A stretch of 64,000 nt of DNA from Auanema rhodensis (GCA_964057225.1 OZ059895.1:8866001-8930000); one strand, 5' to 3'; shown: positions 40,417 to 55,798, numbered from the stretch's first letter. Notes: generated from the letters alone by a model not told the origin. Numbers and translations are program-made.

Positions 40417-41959
40417 AGTTACTACAAGTATCTATGTATGGATCTATGAATGTTTTGTATGTATAAATATCAAAAATATCTATAATATATTAAAATTATT
40501 AAAATAAAATATAATTATATGATATAAATTAAAGAAATAATATTGAATTTAATGAAATATGAAGTAAAGAACAACAACAGCAACAAAAGAAACAATTGAC
40601 ATGTTGAGTCGATGAGCAGAAAAACGATTAGCAGAACATGGAGAAGGAAAGGTTGGAAATGCCATCCGAATCTGGTCGTTACAATGCTCTTTCATGAGCA
40701 CTGAGAAGCAATATTAAACATTACAATTCATCTTTGAAGACAAGATGATGATGAGAATGGCATGATAGATAGATAGCTAGATAGATAGATTGGAATGAAA
40801 AAACGTTTTATTCTTTTTTCAAATAATTTTCGATGAAAAAAAAGAATTTTAAAAGAGAATTAAAAGACTTTTTTATAAATATATCTATATGATATATGAA
40901 TATAGTATAGAAGATTATATATAAAATTAATATATTCTGATATTTAAAATATATATTTATTAATAAATTTAAACAAAAAAAAAGAATGAAAGAAAGAAAT
41001 AATAATAATAATAATATATATTGATTTATTAAATAAAAAGATAAATGTATAGAAGAAAATGGAAAAAAAGGATTCCAAAGTACCGCCTCTATTCCTCATC
41101 CTCCCACCTTCTTCTTTCTCAAATACTAGAAAAGTGTCTTTGTAGATAAAGAAAGTCAAAAAAGCATGAAATGACAACCAAAGAAATGAGTTGAATTAAC
41201 TTTTTTTTTTTTTCAACAAAAAAAATCATATTGGATCATTCAGATGCTACTACTACTTGCTAGACAGACATATGAAAGATCCTTTTCCGGTATCCGTCTT
41301 CTTATCAAATGACATCTTTGTCATTAATTTCCTCTATTCATGTTTGGATCGGAGTTCAAATTGAACTCTTTGAATTGTAAATTCAAAAGAATCAGGTGAA
41401 ACTTGAAGAGTTTTGAAGATTGAGAATATTAAAGAGAGAGGGAGAGAGAGAGGAGAGAGAGAGAGAGAAAGAGAGGAGAGAGAGAGAAAGGTGATTGGAA
41501 ATCTAAAAGATGTTATAATCTCTACTTAAGGTAAAGCTAAATACAAAGAAAATATCAAATCTTTGCAAAACGTATAGAGTATAGAAAGTAATTTGAAAGA
41601 AATAATAAATTAATGATAAAGAATAAATTTAAATTAATTTTTAAATAAAATATATTATTTATATAAATTCAAATAATATAAAGAATAATAAGAATATCTA
41701 TATATTTATATATATAGAGAGAGAGATAGATACATATACATGTACTAGAAGAAATTTTTAAAACTAAAAAGAGAAAAAGAAGTAAATGAGGCGGAGCTTA
41801 TGCTATGAATATCTAAAATTCAGCTGATTATTTGGAAAGAAAAAATTGAAAGAGTAGCTATATATGATATAACTATATGTGTTATACATGTTATAACCAT
41901 ATATTTTAATAAAAAAATCTTTAAAATAGTAAAAGAAATTATTAAAATATAATAATAAT

Positions 41960-42090
41960 TATAATTATAATTATAATGAGGATGATGATGATCATCATGA
42001 TGATGAGGAGGATGATGAGGATGAGGATGATGAGGATGAGGATGACGTGGTAGAAAGAAGAGTAGGAGGAAGAGGACGATGAGGAACAAG
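41960..42090. repeat. (GAT/GAG)n trinucleotide low-complexity tract
   Basis: Visible run. A similar GAT/GAA tract lies at 39455-39530. Confidence 0.85.
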
Positions 42091-42407
42091 AAGAATAAGA
42101 GGTGAAGATAGAATTGAACAAAAAAGTTTAAAAAGATCTAGATTAGAGAGACTATACCAAACCAAATAAAATTGGTCTCATATCTAATAAAATCTTTGAT
42201 CACTTATTTTCATATTAATTATTATATTTATATTGTTTTATAATTAATTTAATAATAATAATAATAAATATATAGTGTATAGTATAGAAATGAATAAAAT
42301 TTTAAAAATTTAGAAAACAAAGTAGAAGAAAAGGACATAGTTATCAGTTAAAATCTGTATACAAAAATTCCTTTTTCATATGACTTGATAAGAAGAAATA
42401 ATATATA

Positions 42408-42409
<2 letters not shown>

Positions 42410-42444
<35 letters not shown>

Positions 42445-42803
42445 ACCTTTCTCTCTCCCTCTCTCTCCCTCTCTCTCCCTCTCTCTCCCTCTCTCTCTCC
42501 TTACCTCTCTTTACTTCAATACCTATTCGTTATTCTGGTCTCATTGTACATCAAAATAACATTATTATATCATATAATTATAATGAAATAACTAAAATAC
42601 TATTTAGGAAGTGGCTAATTCATTTGAAGCTATTTCACTATTCAAAAAAGCAAAAAGAGAAGTGGTCTTGCCATCAACATCGTAAGCACATGAGTGGATT
42701 ACAGCAGAAAGTAATCTCTTTCTAGTACTGAATAGCTGATCCATATGACGTGAAACAATACTTCTCTTCATCCCCCTCATACTTCTCTATCTCAATCTCC
42801 CTT

Positions 42804-42837
<34 letters not shown>

Positions 42838-42886
42838 TCTTTACCTCTCTTTACTCCACTACCTATTCGTTGTTCTAGTCTCATTC
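42410..42886. repeat. Two CT-microsatellite tracts, each followed by the same ~45-bp unit
   Basis: TTACCTCTCTTTACT.CA.TACCTATTCGTT.TTCT.GTCTCATT occurs at ~42501-42545 and ~42841-42885. Confidence 0.75.
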
Positions 42887-44200
42887 ACTAAATTTCCATT
42901 TATTCAACAAAAATTGTAATAAGATATATGACTATAATTCTACTTTATTCAAACTGAAAGATGATCTGGATCTATGTAATCTTTATTAAAGCAAGAACAA
43001 CTTGAAATTAAAAGTTTTTTTTTGAAGAAAATTTGTAAAAGAATATATTTATAATCGAATAATAAAAGAATAACAAAATAAATATTATTGATTATATTGA
43101 ATATATGTAGATCTTTTCTTATTACAATTTTTTTAAAATCTATACAGATGTATTAAATAAAAAAGAAAAAGAAAGAGAAACATATGTAGTATACATATAG
43201 TATAATATTGAAATATATATATATATATATATATATAGTTTTATAATAATATAAATAAATAAATAAACAAATTAATTAAAAGAAAATAATATAATATATA
43301 CTATGTGATTGTTAAATATTATTATATAAATCGACAAAAAAAGAAGAAAATAATAAAAGTTTTTTAATAAAAAAAAAGTTGCAAATGTAGACATGTAAGA
43401 GTGATGTAAGAAGAAGTAAAAGAAGATGAAAGAGATAGAATATTGGAAATTTTGATCAATGATCATGGGAAAGATTCAATGAACATCAGAGGTGAAAAGT
43501 AAGAAGTTAAAGTGTCATCTGAGAGTTTATAGTTAGAAATATAAAATTAAAAGATGAAAGTATAACTATTAAAAAAGTAAAGAAAATGAAAGAAGAAGAA
43601 GATCAAAATACTTTGAAAATCTCTTCAAATTCATATTGAAAGATAAGAAAAGTGATCGGAGCGTGAATGGGTATTGACACGCACACTTGAACTTTTAACG
43701 AAAAGCTTCATCTCTTCCAAAGTAGTTGTCCTCAAAGTGACATAGATAGAAGGAGAGAGAAGAAGGCAAGAAGAGAGAGAGAATGAGTATGAGAAATCAA
43801 ATTTTCTTATTATTTCTTATTAGTTTTTCTATAAAACAAATAATCTTTTTCTTCAATTTTTTTAAAAATTTTAATAAAAAATTTTCTTTTTATTTATACA
43901 AATAATCAATTTTTTTTCTATAAGAACTATAATTCTTCAATTATATTATCCATAAGATCATTTTACCTATATAAGATCCCACTTGAATAATGTATTGAAT
44001 GAATAAAATTTCAGAATTTTTCCGACATTTTAGGTTTAAATGATATATTCAGGGTTTTTAAACATAATCATAAAGTATTAACAGCTTAAAATATTATAGA
44101 ATTTGATATATTTCAGTGTTTTCATTCAATTCTAGTTACATTTCATGTTACATTTTGAATCTTCTAATATCAAAAACCGCTGCGAAATTATAATCAGTGT

Positions 44201-44273
44201 GGCCGCGTGGCGCAATGGATAACGCGTCTGCCTACGGAGCAGAAGATTGTAGGTTCGAATCCTGCCGTGGTCG
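44201..44273 (+). tRNA. tRNA-Arg (ACG)
   Basis: GGCCGCG..CAATGGATAA..CTACGGA..GGTTCGAATCC..CGTGGTCG, followed by TTTTT. Confidence 0.97.
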
Positions 44274-44615
44274 TAACTTTTTGTTTTCTAAGATTCATTA
44301 ACCGAATATTCAACTTCTGATAATATTTTCTCCCCAGTAAAATAAAATTTTATTTATTATTCTAAAGAACTTATCATTTTGTGATAAAACAACATGATAT
44401 CATCAAGTTTTTCAAACAAGAAAGTAGTTGTTAGAAAAGAACTGATAAGAATTTCATAATAATATGTATTTATATATCCAGAAATGTTAAGAAAAACAAT
44501 TATCTTTAAAAATAATAAGTTTATTAATATAATAATAAATATATACATGATAAAACATAAATAATATAAAATATATAAGTAATATTATATGAAATTAAAG
44601 AAGAAAATTAAAATA

Positions 44616-47600
44616 TTATTTAGTTAATTGAAAAACATTTTTTTTAATTGAAATTTTATTTGATAATCGTTTTAATTTTACATACATCTCTCTTGCTGTT
44701 TGTTCACGAGATAAGAAATGTCTTGCTTCAACATCATATCTTGCACGTTCACGTAACATCTATAAATAGATTATTATATTTATTTATAAATAGAAATATA
44801 ATAATTTACTTGGAAAAATGGATGAGAATGTCCTATTGATGGACGAAGTAATGGATATGAAACAACAGGATTAGATTGAATACATGTAGAAGGTAGTAAT
44901 GGAAGCCTTGTTGCAGAAACAAATGTTCTTCCAAGTAAATGATCACAAATTCTGAATTTTTTTCGTTTTAAAACTCAAAATATATTAGATTTTACCTTGA
45001 ATGATCAAATACAGCTATACATAATGATACTCCATACATATAAAAATGATTTTCAGGAATTAAACTGAAAAAATTATTAATTTATATGAAAATTATAATT
45101 TTTAAATTACAATTGAAATGTTTGATTCCATGTTTTTTCTCTATATGAAGTAAGAATTTTTGTTTTTTGTGCAGCAAATATAGGATCAGGAAACAAGATC
45201 CTAGGAAACAGTTCTAGTTTTACATATAAATCTCTTCGATCACATAAGGGATTAAGAATAGGAAGATTAATGATATCACAAACTGTAATAATAATAATAT
45301 TAATAATAATCTATATAGTTATCTTACCATTAATTATAACTAAAACATTATCAGATAAAGTTTTAATATGTCCAATTTGAATTCTAATAAATGGCCATGT
45401 ATCATTACATATTTGAGCATCATTCGTAAAATCACTCAAATATGAGAAATATGAAAGAATTAGTTCTTGAGTTGAAAAACTTCTAAAAAATAATAAAATT
45501 AATTAATTAAAAAAAAAAGAAAAATATAGTTATAACCTGTAATGTAAAGTATTAATAATTTTTGAATGAGTTATAGGTAATTCAAGTAAATCAAGAAGAG
45601 CTTTAATAGTAACCTAAACAATATATTATTATATATTTTATAATTAATATAATTAATACTAACATATATATTACTATAATATTCTGATGGTTGACATTTC
45701 TTTAAATGTTTTTCAATTTCTTGTTCTAATAGTTCAAATACATATCGTAATGACATAGCAAAAGACCTAAATATTCAGAAAAATTAATTTTTTTTTATAA
45801 AACTTAAACTTTGATTGACAAACTTTGAAAGTAATTTACTACGTAGTGTATCAACTAATTGATCGACGTTATCCATAACTGAATTAAATCTTTCTAATTG
45901 ACTTATATCTCGACGATATGATTTCTATAATTATTTCTATATTATTTCTATATAATTATATAATTAAACTTACAAATGTTTTCATATATTCGGCTGTATC
46001 TAATGTAATTGAACGAGCTATTCGTGTTATACTATCTTTCAAGAATTTAACTCCACGAATTACTAATAATCCAATCAAATGTTCACATCTCTTAATTATA
46101 TTTAACTATACAAACTATATTATACATGTAAATACCTTTTGAGCACTATCCATTGCTGTCTGAACAAATTTAAGAATACTATCTGCTTCTTCTTCAGCAA
46201 TTTTTGGTTTTTGTGTATCCCATCGTACAAATGTTTTCCAACGTTCTCTTATATAATCAGAAGATTGTTCAATTCCATTTATAGCACGAACAATACGTCG
46301 TTCAATCTTAAAATATATTTTCAGATTAACCATATGTATAAGTTATATTACTCCATCTTCTTTAGTTAATGCTTCAGTAAATAGTTTTTTTCCATATGAA
46401 CATGTATTTTCACAGAAAATCTTAATAATATTTTCATTATAATTATTAATTTAAATGTATAAAAATACATTTATTAATGCTGTTGTAGCTGTTGTAATAT
46501 TTTCAGATCGATTAAACGATAAAGTTGTATAATCATCTGATAATCCTTAAAACTTATTTAATTAAATCTTTTTATTATTTGTTATTTTCAAACCTTTTTG
46601 TATACAAAGAAATGAATATATACCCGCAGGTAGTGGTCTTTTCTGTTCAGGACCATTATCATCATTATCTTCTTCTAACGATATTGTTCGTTCAACCTAT
46701 TACATATATAGTATAATATAAATTAGAAATTTATATAATAATACCATTCTTGAACTAAGTTCTCTCCAAGAAAATGTCCAATATACGGTAACTGGTGAAA
46801 ACCAAGCTTCATAATCATGAAGACGTAATTCATCAACACTATTGAATACATCTTAAATACTTAAATTGATAAGAAACTTACTGATTTCTTCGAGCAAATT
46901 GTGATATTGATGCTAATGTTTCATAAAATCTCATCGTACATTTTGAAAATAATTCAAGTTCTTCACTTGATCTTGAGTTTAAAGAATCCAAACGATTTGA
47001 AATGTATGCTCTAGATATTTCTTCTAACTATAACATATAGTTAAATTCATAATTGAAATAAATTATTTTTAAACCTTTTTATCAATTGTTTCCAATGAAA
47101 CTCGAATATAGTCAATAAAGAATTGATGGTAAAATAAGCTGGCACATTGATAGTTATGTTGTAGAAGATCAGACATAGCATGAATACTTAAACAAGCTTG
47201 CTAAAAAGATTATAAACTATATGATATAGTTAATTATAAAATATTTATATGTACTTTAATATCTTCACTTTCATTCTTTAATTCTTCAATCCATTCATTA
47301 CAGTTATTTACAAGCATTTTCTGTAAAGCTGATGTTAAGATATTGGATGGATCAATGAATGTTGTTGTATTTTGTGTATCCCATATAGGTAATACACATA
47401 TATCAATAACAGTTCTATAAAATAATTATTATAATTATAATAAATTTTCTAAAATTAATACTTTAATGCTGAATTAAGTTGTTTAAATGATTGATGACTT
47501 TGAGGTGGAAAAAGGCTTAAATGATGAAATCTATCCAATAAATCAGTCATTTCAGCTTCAACACATTCCGAAAGATAACATAAAGCATTTTCCTTTAAAA

Positions 47601-49030
47601 TATTAATTATACTAATTATAAATAAATTTAAAATAATATTAATATACCAATATAGTTGAATTAGTGAATGTTTGATATCCTTTAATATCATTTATTAGAT
47701 CAGCAATAATAGTTTCATCAAAACTTCGTATAGAATTATCCCAAACAAGAAATATGCTTAATGTTCTAAAATAAATAAATATTTTATAATATTTATATAA
47801 ATTATAAAAATTATTACATTATTGGTATAATAACATGTGGAAGATTATGTAGATCAATAGCAGCATCTAATATAAATTGTGATTTATCACATAATTCTCC
47901 TGTATATTCCTCACATATTCCCTTTAATTTATATTAATTATAATGATATAATTAAATAAAATTACTTTAGACATAGCATCTTTTTCATGAAGAGTTTGAA
48001 TTAATTCCAAAAAATCATTAAAATCAAAGTGTGATGCAAGTTCAGGTCGATTTTCTTTCTAAATAAATATTATAATATATAATATATAATTAAGATTATA
48101 TACTATAAGTTTCAATTCAATTGTATAACAATGATTTTTATGTTCAACACATCTTTTCTCAGGAATATTTAATTGAAATGAATTCAATTGTATATTTTCA
48201 TCTTCTTTTCGATCTAATAACATAACTCTAAATATAATTATATATATATAGTTAAATATACATATGTATATAGTTTAACCTTTTAATTAAAGATGATGAT
48301 CTAACTATTGCTTTTCGATTTTCTCCATTAAACTTTGCTACAGAAAATTTTAATTTATAATTGATATGTGTTCCTAAATCTCTATAAATTTATAAATTAT
48401 ATTAAATATTAATTTAAATAGTATAATTAGACATACAATCTATATGTCTCTCCTGAATTGATGGTATACTGTCGAGAAGTTTGATCACTAAATTAACTAT
48501 ATTAACTATTATAAATTATAAATTACTTACTTAAATATTGAAATTACTAAGTTTTCATTGTTTGTTAATTGGGAAACAACTTCCAGAACATAAACTTGCT
48601 AAAACATTGAAAAACAAATAAAAAAAAAGAGAATAAAGCTTACACAACGTAATGCTTGTTGCAAGAGTGTATCATGTTTTGGTTTAGAAATAGCAAATTG
48701 CTATAATAAAATAAAATAAATTATATAATAATAATTAAGAATTGTTAACTATACCTTTCGAGCATGATCTATATATTCAAATGCTCTTTGTTTTTGACGA
48801 TCATCTGTCCAAGATATTAAAATAGCAGAAATTATAGATGAATAAGCATCGTCGCGCATCTCATAATAATCTTATATAATCTTAATAAAATAATATTATA
48901 ATTAATATAATTAAGAAATAATTTACATCAGGGTCAGGTGATGTTGAATTTTTGAAAAAAAGCAAAAGGAGGAAGACGAAGTATTTCCTTTTGAAGTGTC
49001 GAAGCATTCCTGTTATCGATAAGTGTCTTT
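44616..49030 (-). CDS. aex-1: Munc13-4/BAIAP3-like MUN + C-terminal C2 protein (AEX-1-like); first exon not located
   Basis: Many AT-rich exons. Helical MUN-like segments (ERRIVRAINGIEQSSDYI) precede a C-terminal C2 (LYVKLELFPRILFP..KTWNQTFQF..LCIAVFDH..DHLLGRTFV) and the tail MLRERARYDVEARHF. Confidence 0.68.
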
Positions 49031-50127
49031 TAGATTTTCAAGAAAAACGTCATAAACCTAAAAAGTTTATTTCGTATTTGATAAGAAAAGAATATAATCT
49101 TTATTTATAATTAAAATTAAAATTAATTTTAATTTTAAAACAAAAAAAGTGAAAATAAAAGAATTTCTTAATGTTTTTTTCTTTTTATTTTCTTATGTAA
49201 CAATTAAAAATAAAAAAAAAAGTTAAAAATAACTAAATGAATGAATCAAAAGATTAATTGATAAAACATAAGAAAGTTTGTAAAAACATGTATGTTTTAT
49301 GAGATGTTATATGATTCATCAAAATAACTTTATTTCATATAATATACAATACAATACAATACAATACAATACTATATAGTATAGTTAACAATTATATTTA
49401 TAAATTTTTATAAAAAATATAAATTCTTAGAATTAAATATTTTATTCTTTTATTTCCTTTAAAATATTTTTCTTATTATCATCATTATATTTATAAAAAA
49501 AAAAGTAATGAAACCGGTCTTTAAATCAAAAGAATACTATGAACATTCTATATAGTTAAGTTGGTTAAATTTAAAAAAAAAGGGTTTTCAATTAACTTTT
49601 ATTTCGTTCATTTCATTTTTCAAATGAAAACTATTTGAGAAATATACACACATACATACATACATATATTTTTAGTTTTTATAATTATTATAACTATACA
49701 TACATATAGTTAGTTAGATATATGTATATAGTATAGTATAGTATAGTATAGATAGTATATACATGTATTTCTTCATGAAATATGATTTCTTATCAACTTA
49801 AAATCAAGAAGATTGAATGAATACAATGGATATTCTTGATCCACTTCTCAAATCATTCTTCATTTAATCTTAGATTCATCATTAGGTTATCATATTAGTT
49901 ATGAAAATCACATAAAATATTTTAAATTCATTAAATATATATTTATATTTATATATAATTAATATATTTTTATTATAATAAATAATAATAAATATACTAT
50001 TTACTACTATATGTTATGTATGTATGTACATACATCTACATGTAACATTTCTTTTTTTTTTTTTTTACTTTTAACATTCATACATACATTTAACCTTTTT
50101 ATATAAAAAGAAATATTCATTCAATAC

Positions 50128-50131
50128 TCTA

Positions 50132-50169
<38 letters not shown>

Positions 50170-50185
50170 TCTATCTCTCTCTCTT
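50128..50185. repeat. (CT)n microsatellite
   Basis: Visible run. Confidence 0.9.
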
Positions 50186-53100
50186 TCCTTTATTTCCTCT
50201 TTAGATTGTTACTATCATTGAATGATTATGAATCAATTTAGAAGAAGATATGTATTCTTAATATTAGATGTGTCAAGATATAACTTTCAATTTCTATCTC
50301 TTCTCCAAGTTTTAGTAAAAGTTTTCATTTCATTCTTTCTTTCCCTCGTCTTTACTCCCTCCCCATCTCGCTCTCTCTATCTCTCTCACTTCCCCTCTCT
50401 GTGTCTTCTTGATCGCAAATTCTCTCTACTCCATTAATCTTTCCATTTACAAAAAAAAAGTTGTAACGAGACATACAATTGAATAATTTAAATTTATATA
50501 TAATATATATTAATATTATTATATTTTATATTATATATTATCAATTTTTATATATTAAAATTTATTTTTTATTCATATAAATCTTATAATTTGTATATAT
50601 TTTATAATTTTCGTATCATTAATCAATGCAACTGCCATCAATAGTTTGGTGTGATCTCATGTCAACATGTCATCGGAAGTCTTTTTCATGAAAGCGAGAA
50701 AGAGATTGGAAATTTATTCCCCGAAAGAGATGGTTTTCACTCTCTTTCCATCTCTCTTTCTCTTTTAGTGTTCCTCTCTTATTTCCATATAATTTTATGT
50801 TCAATAATACTATTTTCTTCTTTTCTCTATGTTACAAATCAAAAATTCAATTGACATCATATCATATAATTTTTAAATTTGAATATACTTCAAGTTTCAT
50901 TTCTTCCAAACCAAAAATGTTCTTAAACTCAAGTTTCAAAGTTTTGTTTACAAACTTAACGTTTAAAACAATGCTAATCGTACAATTAAGAGCTTGAAGA
51001 TATTCTATTGTATATGAGAACTGACCAGGTTGCGCTGGTTTCGTTACTTGGAGAGACGATAGACGTTGCAGAAAACCCGTTTGCCAAGCGGTCCCTCCCT
51101 CTCTTATTCTTCAGAATTCTCTTGATATCTATCATCTCTATTAGTCTATAATCTCTTAGATGATGTGTTCTAAGCCATACTCTTTTCCTCTTCCAGTATG
51201 CCTTAAAAAGAAAAAGGAAAAGCATTAAAAGAAAGAGAGTAAGAAAGAAAGAAAGAGAGAGGAATAGAGAGAAAGAGAAAAAAAGAGAAATAGATGAAGA
51301 GAATCAGAGACAAATGTTTAAATTTGTTGACGATTAAAGACCGGAATCAGGTCTCTTCTTGGCCAATCTGTAGGGGTTGCTTGCTATTTCATTTCTTGCT
51401 TACTAGAACAGTTCTATTCATCTGTAGACGTGTCAAAGTTATTAAAAATTCTAAGAAAGAAGGATCTTAAAGGATTTCAAATGTCATTTCTAATAATCAA
51501 TAATCAATATTATTATATATAATATTTCTATTTTTAATTATTAAAATTAAAATTTTATTTATTTATACTTTTTCTTCTTTTTTTTTTTGTTTTTTTTTTT
51601 TGTCAAATCAATGTTTGAACTCTTCCCATTCATGGAATGATACTATAAGTAGTTTTCAATTGGCAGAAGCTTGTTTACTTCCATCGTTTGTTCTGTTCGT
51701 GTGAACAAGCATCACCTCTCTCTCTTTCTCTCTATCTGTCTCCTTTCAATGAACCCTTCCGATCAGCCTACATCCTATTCACTTACACAAATCATTTTTT
51801 TTACAAAATCAGTAATCTATTTTCTTTTTTTTGATGATTTTCATGATTATCTTGCAAATCTTAAAAAAATTTGGAGCACTCGAAATAAAAATTTATATTT
51901 TGAAAGATTTAAAAGAAAAAAAAAGATTTTTTCATAAGAAAAGAGGCTTTGTAAAGTATTTCAGATTTCAATTTTTTTCTTTTTCAAATCTAAAAATTAA
52001 AAAAATCTACTGTATTGATGTATATATGGATTTATATATAATTAATAGAACTTTATATTTCATATTCTATACTTTAAAACCAAAAAAAACAATTTCACTC
52101 TCGAATTTCAATTCAAGACACGCAATACCTTGCAACTTAGTCTTCAAATCAGCTGATTTACTCAGACTATTTTACCTTTTTTTCTGTTTCCGCCGTCATT
52201 TCTCCTATTTGCTGATATGTCGCTCTGTAGATTTGGGTTTTTTTCTCTTCTGCTCCCACTCCCTTTTCATTTTTCTGACGCAACGTCACCTCGTTCATTA
52301 TCCATCCTCCGATTTCCTCATCAAGTTCCATGAATTTGACCAGATTTTCGTGCAATGTTCCGTCAGTATCAATACACACGGTAAATTTCCAACTTGATGA
52401 ATTTGCAACAAGTTCTAATTCAACTGCTATTACATAGATTTATCATCAATTTTATGTTCTTTCTTATTTCTAATATCATGTATTCTTTCCTGTAATAGTG
52501 TTAGTAAAGGCAAAATGAGGGTGTGGCAACTTGACTACATTTCTTGTTTCCTTTTCTCCAAATCTACAACTATTGGGGTGCTAAATTACATTTTTCTTTT
52601 GATTTTTTCCTTCCGATTATCCCAAAAAAAAAAGAAACCTTGGCTTCCAGAAATATAATGCCTTTCGGTCACAGCCTTGCTTCGGTGGCTATCATCAAAG
52701 CCAATCTACTAACTTCATTTCCGACATTTTCTGTTCTCCAACACCAAATTATGTCTTTCCTCACCACATTTTCTTCACCCTGTTTCTCTAGACTCTTTCC
52801 ATCATTTCTCCGCTTGAAATCTTTCCGAATTCAGAAATAAATGTATCTTATTTTTCCTATTTTTTCATATCTTGACTATCATTTCATCATCATAACATGA
52901 ATTTTTAGTATTTTTTCATTTGTTTTACTTTATCAAAGAATTTTCTTTTATATGATATGAGGACAACCATCATCATCATCATCTTCTTCCTGTATTTTTT
53001 GAAGTATGGCAGTTGCTTTCTTTCATCTCCCCCCTTCTATTCAATATTTGCTTTATCATCTCACCTACATGTTTCTTATTTAAAATGTTTGAAATTAGCG

Positions 53101-54183
53101 ATCGGCAAAGCCAAAAAAATCGTTTACATGTTTCATATATTCAATGTTATTTCTTATTTCCTTTTATAAATTTTCTAGTTTTATTGAGAAAATGGGACAC
53201 AGAGAGAGAGAGAGAGAGAGAGAAAGGTAAGAATAATAATACTTGAGCTAAATGCCCTTTTTTCCTCCCAATCAGGTGGGTGCAGATATCTTTTTTTTTT
53301 CCAACCAATTCTATAATTTTCTCTGAAATTCTCTCTCTTTCCGCTTTTTGTGGATTGAGTCTCACATTCTCCACCAAAAATTTCTGATTCAATAGTATAA
53401 TACCTAATATCTACTAACTATCTATCAATATTATATATATATATGAATACTTTGATTTCTTTTTTTAGATAACTAATCTCTTTCTATAATATTATTCTTA
53501 TTATTCTTATTCTTATATGATTTTCTATACTTTAACCTCATAGTTTTACGCTTCATTACTATTTTTAATCAACAATATATGATATATAACTATATATAAC
53601 TATATATATATACTTATTATTATCATTTTATCCTTTTTTTTTCTTTAAATTTGTTCTTTTATAACAAAAAAAAATTATCTGTTTTACCTTTCCTCAACAA
53701 ATGAATATAGGAAATATGAGCTTGCTTATTGATTATACTTCTTTCAATAAACGACATTCTTCTTTTACAATTCTTTTTTTTTTCTTTTCTTTTTAACTAT
53801 TCAATTTATATTTAATCAATCAATTTATAAAATATTATTAGTTTTAAATAAATATTCTTTCATTAAAGATTCATTCATTCATTTCTTTTTTTTTTATTTG
53901 ATACATTAACGATTACTTTCTTTTTTTTTTCTTTTTCCAATCTTTTTCGTTTACTTTCGGAAGAATTCGTAATTTTATTCCTTCTCTTCCTCTCTATCTA
54001 TCTATCTATCTACTTTTCTATTTTATTCATTTGTAGTAAAACTATACTATTTATTTAAATATATAATATATAAAATTAAATAATATACTATATAGTTTCT
54101 CTCTTTTTTTAAAAATATCGATAGAATACTCATAATAGATTGTTGACCAACAAAATCTTTCCATCTCATGTATATCCCAACTC

Positions 54184-54188
<5 letters not shown>

Positions 54189-54232
<44 letters not shown>
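54189..54232. repeat. (CT)n microsatellite
   Basis: Visible run. Confidence 0.9.
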
Positions 54233-54237
<5 letters not shown>

Positions 54238-55738
54238 CTCTATTCCTCATTTACAAATTCTTTCTCTCTTTTTTTCTTTTATACCTTACGAGAACATTTT
54301 TTTTTGAAAACTTCACACCTCTTGCAAGTTTCCTTGGCAACAAGCAGAAGACAAGAACATTATCCTGTCCTTCATACTATCATATCACTTACTCATATAG
54401 TATGAATATATTATTATTATTATTCTATTAATATTCATTATAAACTATATTTAACTATTATTTATATTTTTTTTTAATTTTATAACTAAACTTCATTTAT
54501 GTTTTAATTTTTATTTTTCACATCTGTATACACATAAATGACCTTTTATATTTTTCAAAAAAAAAAAAAAAAACAATAAAATAAACAAATTTTGAATAAA
54601 AAACTAGAATATGAAGTAGTTTTCGTTAAAAGGTTTTTTTTTTGTTTTAAATTTAACAACTATTTCTTGATTTTGAAAAAAAACAAACAAATTTTAAAAT
54701 AGCAATTAATTATACATATATAGTATATATTATTTAATTTATTTTTTAAAATTTAAGACAAAACTGGAACATTTAATTAGATATATCATTTTATATATAA
54801 GATATCTATATATATACTATATATGTGAATGATAATGATTATACGAAAGGCGGTCAAATCAATGACAAAAGTCTATTAAGAGAGAGAGAAAGAGAAAGAG
54901 AGAGGATGATGATGATGATGAGAATACATGTATGTATATGAGAATATTTTCATTAAATTAAAAGTATTAATCAAGTTTTAAAGTTTCAAGTTTTATAGAT
55001 TTCAAATATACTAAATTATGTCTTTGAAGTTAATGTTTAGGTTATCCTGTCCTTCATATTTATAAGTTCAATCACATACAATTCATCCGCTATTTGTTCC
55101 ATCTATCTCAATAGGTTCATCATCCTGTTGTTATTGCCTGCTCAATATTCCATGACCTGATCTCAATAAGGGTAATAGACCAGTAGCATCATATCGAAAA
55201 TGCAAAATCATATTGTATAACGTATCTTCACTTCTTTTTTTTCTATTTTTAGAATATTTATATGAATAATAGTTAATATATATCTATTTATATATATCTA
55301 TATAGTTAATATAATCAATTGTTATATAGATATATGCTCATATACCTAGTTATCTGCTGAGCAATGCTCAACAGATAACCTTCGTTCGCCCTACATACTT
55401 GTTGTCACATCTGGTTGTAATCAGTTTTTGAAGTAAAATGCAATGAATCTGCTATCCCTCCTTCTCTCTCTCTCATTTTCGTTTTCTCTCTCTCTGCTTT
55501 TTTTTTGTTTCATCTGCCTTCAATCTTTTCCGTCTTATTCTTTCCTGTCCTGGATAGCTACTTTTCTCTTTTTGCCAAGAAACAAACCGACTGAATGAGA
55601 AGATGCAGATGTCATCACTTGATAGAGAGTTAGCAAATGGTATAGAAAGTAAGAGAAATAAGAGATAGAGACGCAGAATAAGAAACAACTGTCCTAACAA
55701 AATCCTTTTCTCTCAATAGGCTAAAATGACAAACCATA

Positions 55739-55741
<3 letters not shown>

Positions 55742-55794
<53 letters not shown>
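55742..55794. repeat. (GA)n microsatellite
   Basis: Visible run. Confidence 0.9.

Positions 55795-55798
<4 letters not shown>

Noticed and set aside
51831-52397. 188-aa + strand ORF
   Set aside because: Phe/Lys-rich low-complexity translation with a non-ATG start. The minus strand has the more protein-like frame.
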